Below the pieces are notes generated by a model. That model ran no database searches. It saw only the letters and a list, made by a program, of their open reading frames with translations, and was not told where the DNA came from. Shown in pieces: positions 44,562-57,221 of a stretch of DNA of 64,000 nt. Position 1 is the first letter of the stretch. Every line of letters starts with the position of its first letter. This DNA is from Dicyema japonicum. Taxonomy: Eukaryota > Animalia > Dicyemida. The DNA lies in contig RDEW01000037.1 of assembly GCA_011109175.1 (NCBI GenBank), positions 407,600 to 471,599 on the forward strand. Direction: 5' to 3'. Position numbers and translations under genes: made by a program.

Positions 44562-45388
44562 GGATTGTAGGAAAAAAAGTCAAGTGGAAAAAAGGTCAAG
44601 CGGAAAAAAAGTCAAGTCCGTAAGCGGAAAAAAAGTCAAGTTGTCTTTTTTAGTTTATATCGCATTTTTGTGATACTACTAGCATCTTTTAATTTTTAAA
44701 AATTTTTTCAATACTTGACTTTTTTTCCGCTTGACTTTTTTTCCATTTTTGAAAATTTTTCCCTTATAAATTTTCGAAATTTAGCGCAAAACGGAAAAAA
44801 AGTCAAGTCCGTAATTTCGTTAACGGAAAATCCGTATATTGATTAAGTCAAAAAGATTAAACCAAAGCGAAAAAAGTTAAGTCAATTTTATTATATTTAG
44901 GAATTCTTGGCCCCCAAGCAGAATGAGTTGGTTCGTAAGATCGGCTCCATGATTCAAGCTGTGATTAAGGATCTGCGAGAGACTAGTTGGTTCCGAGAAC
45001 GTATCTCGTTGGCTATTGTTAAGGGAAATAGCATGGCCATTCAGATGCCTTAATTTAATTTTTATTCATTTAATAATTAAAAAAATTTTTTTTTATTATT
45101 ACCTTGAAATTCTTAAATTGATTTAGTCAAAGCGATTATACCAAAGCGGAAAAAAAGTCAAGTCCGTGATTTCGTTAGCGGACTTGACTTTTTTTCCATT
45201 TTGCGCTAAATTTCGAAAATTTATAAGGGAAAAATTTTCAAAAATGAAAAAAAGTCAAGCGGAAAAAAGTCAAGTATTGAAAAAATTTTTAAAAATTAAA
45301 AGATGCTAGTAGTATCACAAAAATGCGATATAAACTAAAAAAAGACAACTTGACTTTTTTTCCGCTTGACTTTTTTCCCCTTACGGAC
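44562..45388. mobile_element. Foldback/Mutator(Phantom)-like element: ~190-bp inverted arms with GGAAAAAAAGTCAAG subrepeats
   Basis: 44622-44811 is the near-perfect reverse complement of 45179-45367. More than 10 copies of the (C)GGAAAAAAAGTCAAG unit occur in both orientations. The superfamily assignment is inference. Confidence 0.85.
44903..45110 (+). mobile_element. CRE-clade 3'-terminal fragment inserted between the foldback arms
   Basis: 'GILGPQAE..VRKIGSMIQAVIKDLRETSWFRERISLAIVKGNSMAI' plus an AT-rich tail. Confidence 0.65.
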
Positions 45389-45389
45389 C

Positions 45390-46505
45390 TAACCCTCACA
45401 CAATTCATTGCGGAAGGATTTAACTCCCCCAAACCCCATCAGAGGACAGTACTTATATCCGTGGACATCACAAAAGCGTTCGACTCAGTCCCTAGGAAAC
45501 TTCTAACAAAGAAAATATATGAAACCAACATCCATCCGAACCTGAAACTTTGGCTTGGAAACTTCTAAATGGAAGACGAGCACAAGTACTCTGCAACAAC
45601 ATCAAATCAAGATCTCGCTATTTCCCAAATGGAGTCCCTCAAGGCTCACCACTATCCCCACTCTTCAATCTCTACATAAACGACATGCCACAAACCTGTA
45701 ATGAAAACTGTCTAATCCTCTCATATGCCGACGATATCATTCTTGCCTCCAAGGACAGAAACATTCAATCAGCGACTCAGTTGGCTCAACAAATGCTCGA
45801 TAACTTGAACTATGGCTCTCGAGCGGAGACTTGACACATCAGCAACAAAGTCCTTTGTCACATTGTTTACCACTACAAGAGACAGCTCTGTATCGAACCA
45901 AAAGTCTTTATGAAGAACGAGCTATCTCTATTAACAAAACACCGAAGATTCTGGGAGTAACCTTTGATCAGGGACTCACCTTTATCCGGCATGTTGAAAA
46001 CAGAGTAACTTCTGCTCTGAAAAAATAAGAATATTAAAAGTGCTCTCAAAAATATTTAGAGATCAAACTGGGATCCTTTCCACGATATACAAACAATTCA
46101 TCCGACCAACGATGACGTATGCAAGTCCTTCATGGGCAATGCAAATGTCACGATCTTCCACATTGAAGTTATCTGCAATCGAGGAGACTGCAATGAGGTT
46201 AATTGGACCAGATCACAACATCCACCTATTGAAAATTTTTTAATTGAAATACAACGAAAACTATTAAAGGAGGCTGTTCTATCCGAGCTGCCCTCTATTC
46301 CATATACTATCGAATTATCTACAATCATACAGAAATTGTGAGCCGATGCCATGTCCTATGAGAAGAGCTGTTCAGGATTCTCGACCCCGCCGGACTCCGT
46401 CCTCACCTTTGTCGGTCTGGGTCACTTAGTTAGATGAGAACTTTTATTCTTTCTCTTTGACCCAGTGATCCTGGGGGTAATAATAATAATAATAATAATA
46501 ATAAT
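45390..46505 (+). mobile_element. 5'-truncated Ingi/Vingi-like LINE
   Basis: 'SVDITKAFDSVPRK', 'GVPQGSPLSP', 'SYADD', 'TPKILGVTFDQ'; 3' GTGATCCTGGGGG(TAA)n. Confidence 0.8.
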
Positions 46506-46519
46506 TAAGATAGTATAGG

Positions 46520-47960
46520 GATTCTTGTTGTAGAACTCAGTGATATCTGTAGAACAAGTCTCAAGATTCTTGGAATATAGACCTCCAACACTAATCTATT
46601 CTCCGTGTCAACAAACGTCCATGCTTACAAATTCACACAATACATCACAAACGACTTTTGGATTACGAATTCGGAAAAAGTCCAGGTAGAAAATAGAAGT
46701 TCCTGTACCAGGAGCTGCTCCAGCCTTTCATAAAACATCCACGGAAATGTATCCAGTCATTATATTACTCTTCGCTTTCTTTACTTTCGTCTCATTGACC
46801 ACCAAGACGTCGATCTTGGAGGCTCTCGCAAGTAGTGCTAGTTCATTAAGCCTTTTCCCTAGGGATCGGACATTCACTAGCACTATTTTTAGTCATTGCT
46901 TCTTCAAAGCCAAGGTCACCGTTTCCATTAAATCCACATGTGCAATCGAGCACAAATAGTTTAACCGCGACATAATCTCCGATATTTCAGCGTGTATCTT
47001 CTCTGATAGATTGGGTGAGACATCGTTCGGTTTTCGACGAATTTTAGGTGCCGACTTTGACATAACTGTCTTTGCTGTCCACGTTCTCCCAATATCGCTA
47101 TTATCGCCTGTCCATCGCCTTTAGTTGCTTTCCTCTGATCAGATTTCTTGGCGGCTGGGCATCCACCATATCTGGCACAATGTGAGGACGAGCCACAATT
47201 TATACAATTCATTGTGTTCCCAGGAGTCTCTCCACAAGCAGTTAAGTCGTGTTCCCCTGCACAACGGAGACATTTGAAACATATAGGTGGGCCTCTTCTG
47301 TACCATTCACATGTAATCGGCACGTGGGCAATGTTGAAACCAAGACGGACAAGCGATGTAGCCTCCGCCCTTGATCCAACTAGAACTTTTGCAAGAGGGA
47401 GTCTCCTATCTCCTTTGTAGAAACGGCATATGCTTGTAATAGAGGGAGCTATTTCCTTGACAAATTCATGAAGGTCGTTATCATCAACCCAAAATGGCAA
47501 GTTCTTAACACAATTTCGGACGGTTTCACTCGGATTTCACTGAAACAATGGTTTCCAAGACCAAAAGGTGAAGTGACATTCACATGTTCACAAAAGTTCC
47601 TTTTGTCATCCTCCTTCGTGAATTCGAGGCGGAAGATGCCGGAGCCTTTGTGGCTCAATCTGATAGACCCTGTCGGGTCGAACGAGTACAGTAAGTTGGA
47701 GATTTTGATGGCTCCCATATTTGACATAACAGTGATTTGTATAAAAGCATTCCCAGAGTATTCAAAAGGAGGCTTCAGAGACAGATCCTTAACATTTTCA
47801 ATACAGCTATTCTTTAAAACCCCTCCAGAGGTAGTCTTATCGTTTTCAATATAATTCTCCTTTAAGACCTCTCCAGAGTTAGTCTTTTTGATTTTAGTAT
47901 TCTTCTTTGTAGTAGCTTTTCTAACGACAGGCATGAAAAAAAACCCAATATAAAGTATGG
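46520..47960 (-). mobile_element. 5' portion of a two-ORF LINE (gag-like ORF1 with CCHC knuckles, then the start of the APE domain)
   Basis: ORF1 pieces 47934-47449 and 47500-46961 contain 'CFKCLRCAGEHDLTAC' and 'CINCGSSSHCARYGGCP'. The EN follows: 'RLNELALLARASKIDVLVVNETK'. Confidence 0.75.
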
Positions 47961-48049
47961 AAAAATTATTTTTACTACATGCTATTCCTAGGCGAGTTGT
48001 CTCTCACCGAATTATTATGAAGAGAAAATAATTATCTACAGGGCGATAG

Positions 48050-48720
48050 TTTTTTCATGGGTGATACAAAAAAAGCAAGAAACACTTCTCTAAAGGATGG
48101 TCTTAGATTGTATCCGAGATGACATCAAAATGTCTGGTTTTCAGCATGCGTTCCGAGCAAACCATTCAACTTCCACACACTTGACGACATTCTCCCAATT
48201 TATTTCAGAAGGATTCAAAGTCACATTTAAAGACTGTTCTTGTTTCTCTTGACATTACCAAAGTATTCAGTCTCAGAAAGTCTCTAGATGAATAGATATT
48301 TGAAAAGATATGCAACTCTAACTTGAAAATATGGCTCTCTAACTTTCTAAGTTGAAGGCGTTGACAAGTAATTCACAACAACGTGAAATCGAGGACACGA
48401 TTTCTCTCAATGGGGTGCCCCAAGGATCCTCACTATCACCAACACTGTTCAATTTGTACATACACGACATACCAAAACCCACAGACGAAAAATGTCTCCT
48501 TCTTTCACATGCGGATGACATAGTCATTGCTGCAAGGGACTACCCAGTCCCTACTCAAATGGTTCAGAGAATGCTCAATTCCTTAACCCAATGGTTGGAA
48601 GACTATGCTTGGAGATGTCACCTACAAAATCATTAGTGACCTTCTTTACCACTGGGGAAGATCATTAATGATTAAATATTAACTTTTTTGGTTGGTTGGT
48701 TAAATAAATATTAATTAATA
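48050..48720 (+). mobile_element. Ingi/Vingi-like RT fragment
   Basis: 'LNGVPQGSSLSPTLFNLYIHDIP..LSHADD'. Confidence 0.6.
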
Positions 48721-50029
48721 AAAATAAGATTAATAAATGAGCAGATTTTTAAAGTTATTTTCCTGTGTGACAAAAATGCGTATAATTATATTTAATAATT
48801 AGAAATATCCGACCAGTCTAAACTTTGCATACTTCCAAGTAAACAAGGGTATTCAATGTAGAATTTCTCAATAAAGACACAAAATGGATAAAATCAAAAG
48901 CCATTGAAGGTAACGAACCTAAGACCTATCTCACTGATGGAGAAACAGTGCTCGAATTAGTCAAGTTCTCTGACGCGAATAGCAGCATTTTCATGGACGA
49001 CTATATTTTAGAGGGTTTTACTATTACTTACGTTCAGATCCAAGTTTAGTTTTCTTTACACCAGTCGATCCACTGTTTGTCCTTCTCCCATATTTGTGTT
49101 CATCACCACAGTCTGAAGTAAGGATTCCTCCCATAGATTTGGAGGGACTCGTTGATTACAACTTCAAACAACTGTCCCACGTGGGTGATGTTAAATGTTT
49201 TGTTTTATAGTCAATTTCAGTAAGGAATGGTGTTTTTTGTACTTTTAATGAGACAAAAACTCTGAACTGGTTGGAAAAGAAGACTAAAAGATGTGTTTTA
49301 TCGTTAAAAGAGGAAATATCTGTTACAAACCCTTTATATTCTGCAGTCGACTTGATTGGAAGATATATTTCCAATGATATGGAGAACAAACTGAAAATAA
49401 AGATGGGAATTGATGACAATATACATTTTAATAAAAATGGGAAACGTATAAACTATAAACCACTTACTCACTTTTTTAAAAAAATATGATATTTTCCTAT
49501 ACTTATTCACTTCATTCTAAGGAAATGTCACAAGTTAATATGATTCCACTCACTAAATTAATATTGCACTCACTTTTGTCTTTAATATTCCACCTGGGTG
49601 CAGTTCTCAGAATTAGTAGAACATGCAAAGACAGATATTTACGGCAATAAGGGGGATTTTTGTGGCTTCGTAATAGATTTTGAGGACTATTAGTAAGTTT
49701 GCAAGTCATCGTCTAAATAGGGGATTTCAATGTTGTAAATTTGATCGGTGATGTCCAAGATAAATTTGACAATGTGAATTAGCTTTTCTTGAAACTACGT
49801 TGGAAGATAATGTTCTCGTATTTGTCGGGGGATTGAAAATCTCAACATAACAACACGTGGAGACAATTGAATCATTTGACAATACAGATACTCACAATTG
49901 TATGATTCCATTTGTCAGAAATGAGATTCCAAGGCATTTCATATGCAATTGTTGTATCTAAGGGTCGTCGTGAAGCAGATCTTAAGAGTAATGATTTTAT
50001 ATTTGTGAATGATGCGTCTGACTCAGTCT

Positions 50030-50115
50030 CGCAAAGATGAGGTCGCTGTTAAAATGCATGGGATCACGTGATAATTAGTTTGATTTTACCGTGGTCATGG
50101 GTTGTTAAATAAATG
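50030..50115 (+). mobile_element. Very short 3'-terminal Ingi/Vingi-like fragment
   Basis: AAGATGAGG...GGGATCACGTGA...TTACCGTGGTC...TTAAATAAAT matches the 3' end at 13300-13392. Confidence 0.7.
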
Positions 50116-50899
50116 CATGTAATTTGAGTTGAAGTGACCCTTCTTAACAACGAGAAGGTATAATTTGATAGACTTTTTATATACTTTTTGAGGAGACACA
50201 CAGGAAGGATATCGGTCTGAATGAGTCATTTGGCTGTCCGAACTTCAAATCGTATATTAGATAACTTCCATATGGATGAGATAGTTCCTGTGCATATAAA
50301 ATTCTGGTGAGGGGCAAAAATTAAAAAAATTAATTAGGCTTTAAATACAGTTTATTTGTTTGAGACTATTATGTGACCAACACCTTGACAAACGATTACA
50401 ATGAATCTCAGGCTTTCTATCCACTCCGCATTGACTTTAGAGAAACTCACGTTTAGCCCCAATCTAACAAGAGATTGAGCTTCTCCTCTATTATACATTA
50501 CTAATTAGTAGAACAGGTTGAGCAAGTATTACATGTCATCTTAGACAATTCTTTATTACGCAATTCACTGTTCAATTGAGTTGCATTCACAGAATTAACA
50601 AAAGTTTCTTGTTTGACACTAAAATTCTTCATCAATTGTTTCTTTTGCACGTGTAGTCTTGTTACAGCCTTACTACACAAAAAAGATAGAGAATTTTTTA
50701 AAGAAGGTTGGTCAGCCTGGTATGCCATGAAAACATTCTAAGGGAGTCTAACAGAGATATTTCGACTGACTTCGACGTGGAGATGGGGAATTGATGGCAC
50801 ACTCTTCTTCTAAGAGGAGAGGGATTACCAAAAAATCCTCTTAATTAGATAATGTCTGAAAACAATTATAATGATTTCGCTCATTTATCTACACCCTCC

Positions 50900-51480
50900 G
50901 TGCAACATAAGGACTGCGGTCAAAACTAAACTTTGACTTCAAGGTCGGCCAATTCTTTCTTCTTTATAATAAAGGATGAATTGTGCATTGAATTCCAAGG
51001 TGAATAAGATCACCCTTTCCACCATATTAAGCGTTTTGAAAGTTAGATTCAAACTTAAATGTCTAAAGATGCTGATCTGAAAGATTTTTCTGAAAAAAAC
51101 GCTATGGACAAAAAATGAATTACGAAAAATTTATTCCAGTGTTAAATCGTGTTGTAAAATTTTGGAAGTAGTCAATGGGTATCGTTATTTGGATATACTT
51201 GAAGATGGAGGAAATACTATTCTTTAGAAAAAAGTTATAAATTCTATCCTTAAGAAGAGGATAACTATGATTTCAGGGACAAAACTAAATTCAGTAAATT
51301 TGTTCCATGGAATTAATGAATATGAGTTTTCTCTATAATTATTGGTTTGGTCAATATTGAACCATTTGAATTCGACTATATTGACTGTGAAACACGTTAA
51401 CTGCTTACTATTATGGGGTTGTGCCTGAAGCCTGCAAACAAGGAGAGATTATATTTAAACAAGAGGACTTTTGAGTGAGG
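50900..51480 (+). mobile_element. Possible R4/Dong-like retrotransposon RT thumb remnant
   Basis: 'EVVNGYRYLDILEDG...KKRITMISGTKLNSVNLFHGINEY' (cf. R4 YKYLGILE..L.SKLN..N...AIN.Y). Confidence 0.45.
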
Positions 51481-51789
51481 ACTTAACCGGTTTCGCTCAA
51501 AAGTGAACTGATGCTCTTTTGGAAAAGAATTCTGCTCTTTGTTTGGGAAGGTTGGGGATTCTGCGAATTATTAAAACTAATAAATGGTATTTGGCTACAA
51601 TTGCAGGATTTCTTACTTCTAAATATGGAATGACTGATAAGGAGAGTATTAATGTTTAGTCCCTCAATACCATCCAGAAACAATATCGTTACATTCTCTG
51701 CTCTTCAAATGTGATTTTTTAGTGAATCCGCCATGTCTCTTAATTTTAAATAATTTTTTTAAATAACTTATTATCACGTTGTCATTGTT

Positions 51790-52625
51790 TATTGTTGTTT
51801 TAATGAAACGTAACTGTACAAGACTAAAAAACAATCAAAAAATTGAGATTTTGAAGTTTCTTCAAACAAATAATGAATTATCTTCGCTTAAAATTTCTGA
51901 GATTTTTATAAAAAAATGCAATGCACCTATTTCTCGCCGATCTGTTGATGATCTGAAAAGTAAAAGAGGATCTGAAAATATGTTGAATAACTTACGATCT
52001 GACATTTCTCGCAAAGAATATTTAAAGTTTAGTGAAATCGATGATAATACTATTGCTTGGGTTAATTCAATGGATGTTAAAGGAGCCACTTTGAACGATT
52101 AAATTATTACTGAGAAAGCTAAAATATTTGCATCGAAACGTAAGATCACTGATCTCAAAGAACCAAAGGGTGGCTTGTTAAATTTTAAAAGAGGAATGGT
52201 TTGAAGTTACGAAATATGCATGGAGAATTTGCAACTTTATTTTTGACCCTAATGTGGTATCAGATTTTATTGAATTAATCAAAAATAAAATCAATCTCTA
52301 CGGAGCTCAAAATGTTTATTATGCCGACGAAACTGGTTTATTCTACAAAATGATACCGTCCAAAAGTGTTTGTAGAAACTTTAAATAAGGTTATAAAGTA
52401 TTGAAAGACAGACTTTCAGTCAGTTATGTGGACGGTTCAGATAAACGAACAACCTTACTAATTGGGATGTTAAAAATCCTAGATGTTTCAAAAATTTTGA
52501 TATAAAAAATATGTCACATATTCTAATTCAAAAAAATGGATAGCCGAATTTTTAATCAATTTTTTTGAAATGGGAAATAGAATAGAAAAATTTTGCTTGT
52601 TGTAGATAAATGTTCTGCCCAGCAC
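51790..52625 (+). mobile_element. pogo/Tigger-family transposase (HTH-psq, CENP-B HTH, DDE start), truncated by an RTE insertion
   Basis: 'RLKNNQKIEILKFL', 'IITEKAKIFA..KGWL..F', 'MHGE', 'VYYADETGLFYKMIP', 'LLVVDKCSA'. Confidence 0.85.
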
Positions 52626-54197
52626 TTTAGCAAGCAGTTCAATCGGGAGGATACTACACCTCTCACACAATTCGAAGGACAGCCTCGTTCACTTAATAAT
52701 GTGTTTACGGATTCCGAGATTCGTGGAGCACTCCTTCGCCTGAATAACAACAGAGTAGCTGGCTATGACAATTTTGTGGGAGTTGTTAAAATACGCACCA
52801 ACCCAGATAGCAGAAAATATAACTTTCATATTCAACGAGATATTCAGGACTCATTGTTCAATTGACATCGCGATGGGAGTTCTACTTCCTTTACAAAACA
52901 CAGGCAAATCTCCAGGTCCAATTGAAAATCTCACACCGATCGTGCTTTTGACCACTTTGCAAAAAATTGTCGATTACAACATTGAATATCAAATTCAGTT
53001 GACCAATACTTGTCACAAAGTCAAAGCGGATTCAGACCAGGAAGATCAACCGCTGATATAGTATGGAGTCATCGGTGGCATACGGCAATATGTCAGAAAA
53101 ACAGAAAAACAATGTATATTCTGGGAGTCGACTTAGCGAAAGCATTCGATTGTGTCTCCCAAGATAAACTATGCAAGTTATCAAAAACATAATTGATGAG
53201 GACTGTTTGAGTATTGTGCGTTTTTTGCTGGCTGACACAAGCCTCATAGTGAAAGTGGGGGAGGGCTATTCGGAAAAATTCACGACCAGGATTGGTACTC
53301 CGCAAGGGACTCGCTTTCGCCAGTTCTCTTTGCAATATACTTGGAAGCTGCGTTGAGGGACGTTACAAAAGAATTGGGTCACTTAAATAATCATTTTGTG
53401 AAATTAATATATGCTGATGACATCGATTTTGTGTCTGAGGATGTGGAGGTACTAAGAACTGCTTGGAGAGGCGGTCTTTGAAAGAAATTCAGAAAAAACG
53501 GAGCTAAATTCGATTAGCGGTTACCGACACGGATTGATGAGAAATGGAGGTTTACTAAAAGGCTTGGCTCGTTTTTGGATGATGCTAGGACATTGCTCGT
53601 AGAAAGATGTTGGCATCGTGTGCACTGAAAAAGATGTGGAGTATTTGGACTCGCAGAAAACAAATCTTCGGATGCGCTTATATAACGCGTTCATACAACC
53701 AGTCCTATTATATAACTCGGGAACATGGGGAACATCAAAAACGGACCTTGACAGACTAGACACATTTCATGGAAATCAATTGAGAAAAAAATTTCAAATG
53801 GCCACAGATTATCAAAAACGACAGTCTACGAATTATGTAAATGCAAACCGATAGCAGAGAAGTAATTATTTCACGCTGGCGACTTTTCGGACATGTTCTG
53901 AGAATGGACGAAGTGATTCCTTGCAATCAAATCATGGAAGATTACTATTCAAATCACGGAATTGGATTTCGGGGTCGGCCAAGATGTACGCTTCCCCTCT
54001 GCCTTAATAACGATTACGCACGAATTGGCGGTCAACTCAAAACTGGAGACGATCTTGAGGATATTCGTAAACGCGCGAGAAACAGAGCTAGATGGAGAGG
54101 GCTGACTGAGAGGATAGTCGAGTGTACTGCACGAGCGAAACCCTAGGCATTTTACGTGCCTATGGCAACGCGGAAGTGCTATTAACTAACTAACTAA
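52626..54197 (+). mobile_element. 5'-truncated RTE-like LINE with a (CTAA)n tail
   Basis: 'LNNNRVAGYD', 'QSGFRPGRSTADIVWSHRW', 'VDLAKAFDCV', 'GTPQG', 'IYADDIDF', 'RWRLFGHVLRM..GRPRCTLP..DDLEDIRKRARNRARW'; tail ACTAACTAACTAA. Confidence 0.85.
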
Positions 54198-56319
54198 TTT
54201 ATGATACATCGCTTTGATGATTGAGGTTGCTTTTTTGTTGAAAATACTGTTCCAACATTTTATGACAGATTCATGTTGGATATTAACTTTGTTAAGAGAT
54301 TCATAAAAATATCTTTTTCGTCGATAAAGTATTAATAGTTTTGAATAATCTTTTTATTCTAGTTACAGTTTCAATGCTCGTTTCGAACTTTTGTGTAAGA
54401 ATCTGTGAGACATATTTTTTCGATAGAAGAGATATTACAGGCTTTTCTTAGTATTTAGGCAGCAGTGATGTTAAGAACGCCACAGTGATATTAAGTCAAC
54501 TTGAAATTTTCCTATAAATAAACCATTAAATAAGTCACAGTTAATTAATTTTGTTCCACATTGAGGTTTTTGGTCTTTTACATTTCTATGCCAATCCTAC
54601 CAAGTGTTCAAAAATCTGTGGGTGTTCCAAAAATTGAGGTAATGTTTTCTCCGAATCGACGTCGGACTGTAGTTACCTTGGTCTTTAGAATTTTTAATTT
54701 CAAAGTAAAGAATCCTGTGATTGGGGTCATATGTATTTTCTTAGCTATAAGGACCCCAGGATTCCATGAACCACATCTCTGGTGAGTATTTTCCACTAAC
54801 AAGGATTTCTTCGGGCTTCTAACGAATAAATAATTTATAGCTGGTTTATCGAGCGCATTTCCTTACAAATCGTCAGGGGGAATGCGTTTTCAATCCTGAG
54901 AGCAGCCAGCCTTGACTGAAAGGAACTTAAATTAGTTGTTGACTGTTTTAGGTTTTCATAAAAAAACTATATTTAAAAAAATTAATTCGATAACAATATG
55001 TGGTTAAGTCACAAGGAATATGCGAGATAGCACGCTACATTGCTAACAATTTGGTAAACCATAAATTTTGTCTTTAAGATGGGAACATTATATTTATCAC
55101 AAGATCCCTATTATTAACAAATATTTATATACTCCAGTATCTTTGGAATGTCCGCTTGTGCTTGTTCTCCTGCTAGCCATCGGTTTCTCGAAGGGACCGG
55201 AGTGAATAAACATAACAACTCCCAAGAGTATTGTACCACAGCTGGTATCCTAAGCCAACTGTTATTGTGAAGATTATGAAATCAATGAATTCCTTCTTTA
55301 TTGGTGATACTATAGGATTCCGACCTTCGGACGATGCCAGAATGGAGTATTAAATATGAACTTATTATATTTATGAAAATTCAGATTATTAATGGATAAT
55401 CTGATATGTAAATAAATTAGAATAAAGAATTAAATAAATTAGTCATTAATGTTAAAATCCTTGAAATTTAGATAGTAATTCTACAAATAACCTTATTGGC
55501 ACCATTTATTTGGGGATCAGGGTATCCCTGTTCGTAGCATCCCTAGATCGGTCTTCAGTACCTGTCGTCCTCCTAGCATCATCAGCTGAATGAGATCTCC
55601 TCATATTGCTCTGCTCCTAACGCATTTCTTCATTTATATTGCGAATTAATATTTTATCGATTAAATTTTATTTTAAAATATATTAATAACCGCAAAATTA
55701 CACATATTCATAGTAAAAATGTGTGTCCTACTTAATAGCCTATCCTACAGGTTAGTGAGGCCGGGGTACTTAACTAACTGACTACAAACGTGACAACTCG
55801 ATACCCATAAAAGGATCAATTTCACTGTAGTTTTCGGTTGACCTTAAAAATACAAAAATTTGGCCTAAAATGAAACTTTCAAAAAGAGGTATAAATTACA
55901 TTTTTGGGATTGCACAGAGGAATCAGTCCATTAGCTGAAGTATATCCTATTACATCAGCCTGTGGTTAATTTGCTAATTTTATCTTTGATGATAATCTAC
56001 GCGGTTATGACCAAAGCCTAATTTGGACTTCAGTTGACTTAACCCAAATTTATCTTTCCAGCAAAGATCTTTATAAAAATGCAAAACGATTTAATTATAA
56101 ACGTTTACAAGTCTTTAAATACGACTATTGAATTGAAATCTCCACTGGATGGGTCCCTAAAACTGCAAAGACTGGACATTTTCACCCCTTTCCTCTACTT
56201 CTAAATAGACTTGATGTTATAAGATCTCTGATTATGTGACCGTGTTTATTAAGTGTTAACTATTAATATCTTTACGGTATAAAATTAAAATGAACCCGTT
56301 CTTGTAAAATTCCACTTCT

Positions 56320-56395
56320 TCAAGATGAGGTGCTGGGACAACGTGATTAGTTAGTTTGTGTAACCGTAGTCTCTGGTGTTATTAATATTATTATG
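56320..56395 (+). mobile_element. Very short 3'-terminal Ingi/Vingi-like fragment
   Basis: Matches the 3' end at 9945-10030 (GTGATTAGTTAGTTTGTGTAACCGTAGTCTCTGGTGTTATT). Confidence 0.7.
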
Positions 56396-56399
56396 TGCA

Positions 56400-56900
56400 T
56401 CGAGGGAATGTCTGATATTCAAAGAGAGAATTGATGTTATTAACTTCCAAGATTGTTTTCGAGACACCTCCCAACCTTTCGGAAGTCTTCGCTCAGAGGA
56501 GCTGATAATGAATGTCGATGTAAACGAAAGCCAATTGGATGGCCATGTTCACTAAACCCCCATTGGTGATAGTTTGATACTTCTCTTCTGATAGTTGGTT
56601 TCTTAGAAGCATGGCCTGGGTCCGATGCTGAAGTGACCAAATTTTTCGGAGAGTACGTATCAACACACGTAGCATCCCAAACTAGATTTCGACTACTAGC
56701 AAAAAGGAAATGTCGTCATCCCGTCGGGGGGGTTGCCATCGCTCCAGGCGAGACCACTAGCTTCCAAAATGCAGTGGTGACCAGCATTGGAAGGTGCGTT
56801 TTTCAACGTCATGTTGAGACAGGCATGCATGGGAAACGGCCCACGCTCAACCTGCACGACAGTGGCTGGTAACCAAATGGATCAATCAAACCTCCACAAC
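56400..56900 (-). mobile_element. CRE-clade RLE domain fragment
   Basis: 'LEASGLAWSDGNP.DGMTTFPF..RNLVWDATCVDTYSP..SASDPGHAS..KY'. Confidence 0.7.
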
Positions 56901-57221
56901 GACATTTTCGCTCAACATATACTTTAAGTCCAACAAAGGCCAATCTGTTGTCAAACTTACTCAGAAATGTCCTTTTGTCACTTAACGATTCCTTTATTCT
57001 ATTCTTTGTTATTTCACATCCTAGGAAATCAAGAAATCTGAGATCCGTATTTCGAATAGGAATGATCGGAGTGCATCACAAAGTTTTGCCTTCAAAAGAG
57101 AAACTGTCTTGGGAAACTATAATCGATACACAGTCCAAACAGCGGCAGTGAGATACCCTTCCATCAATTTCTTTCTATTGAAGAAGCCTTTCAGACTCAG
57201 TCAGTGAAGGATTCTTTTATT

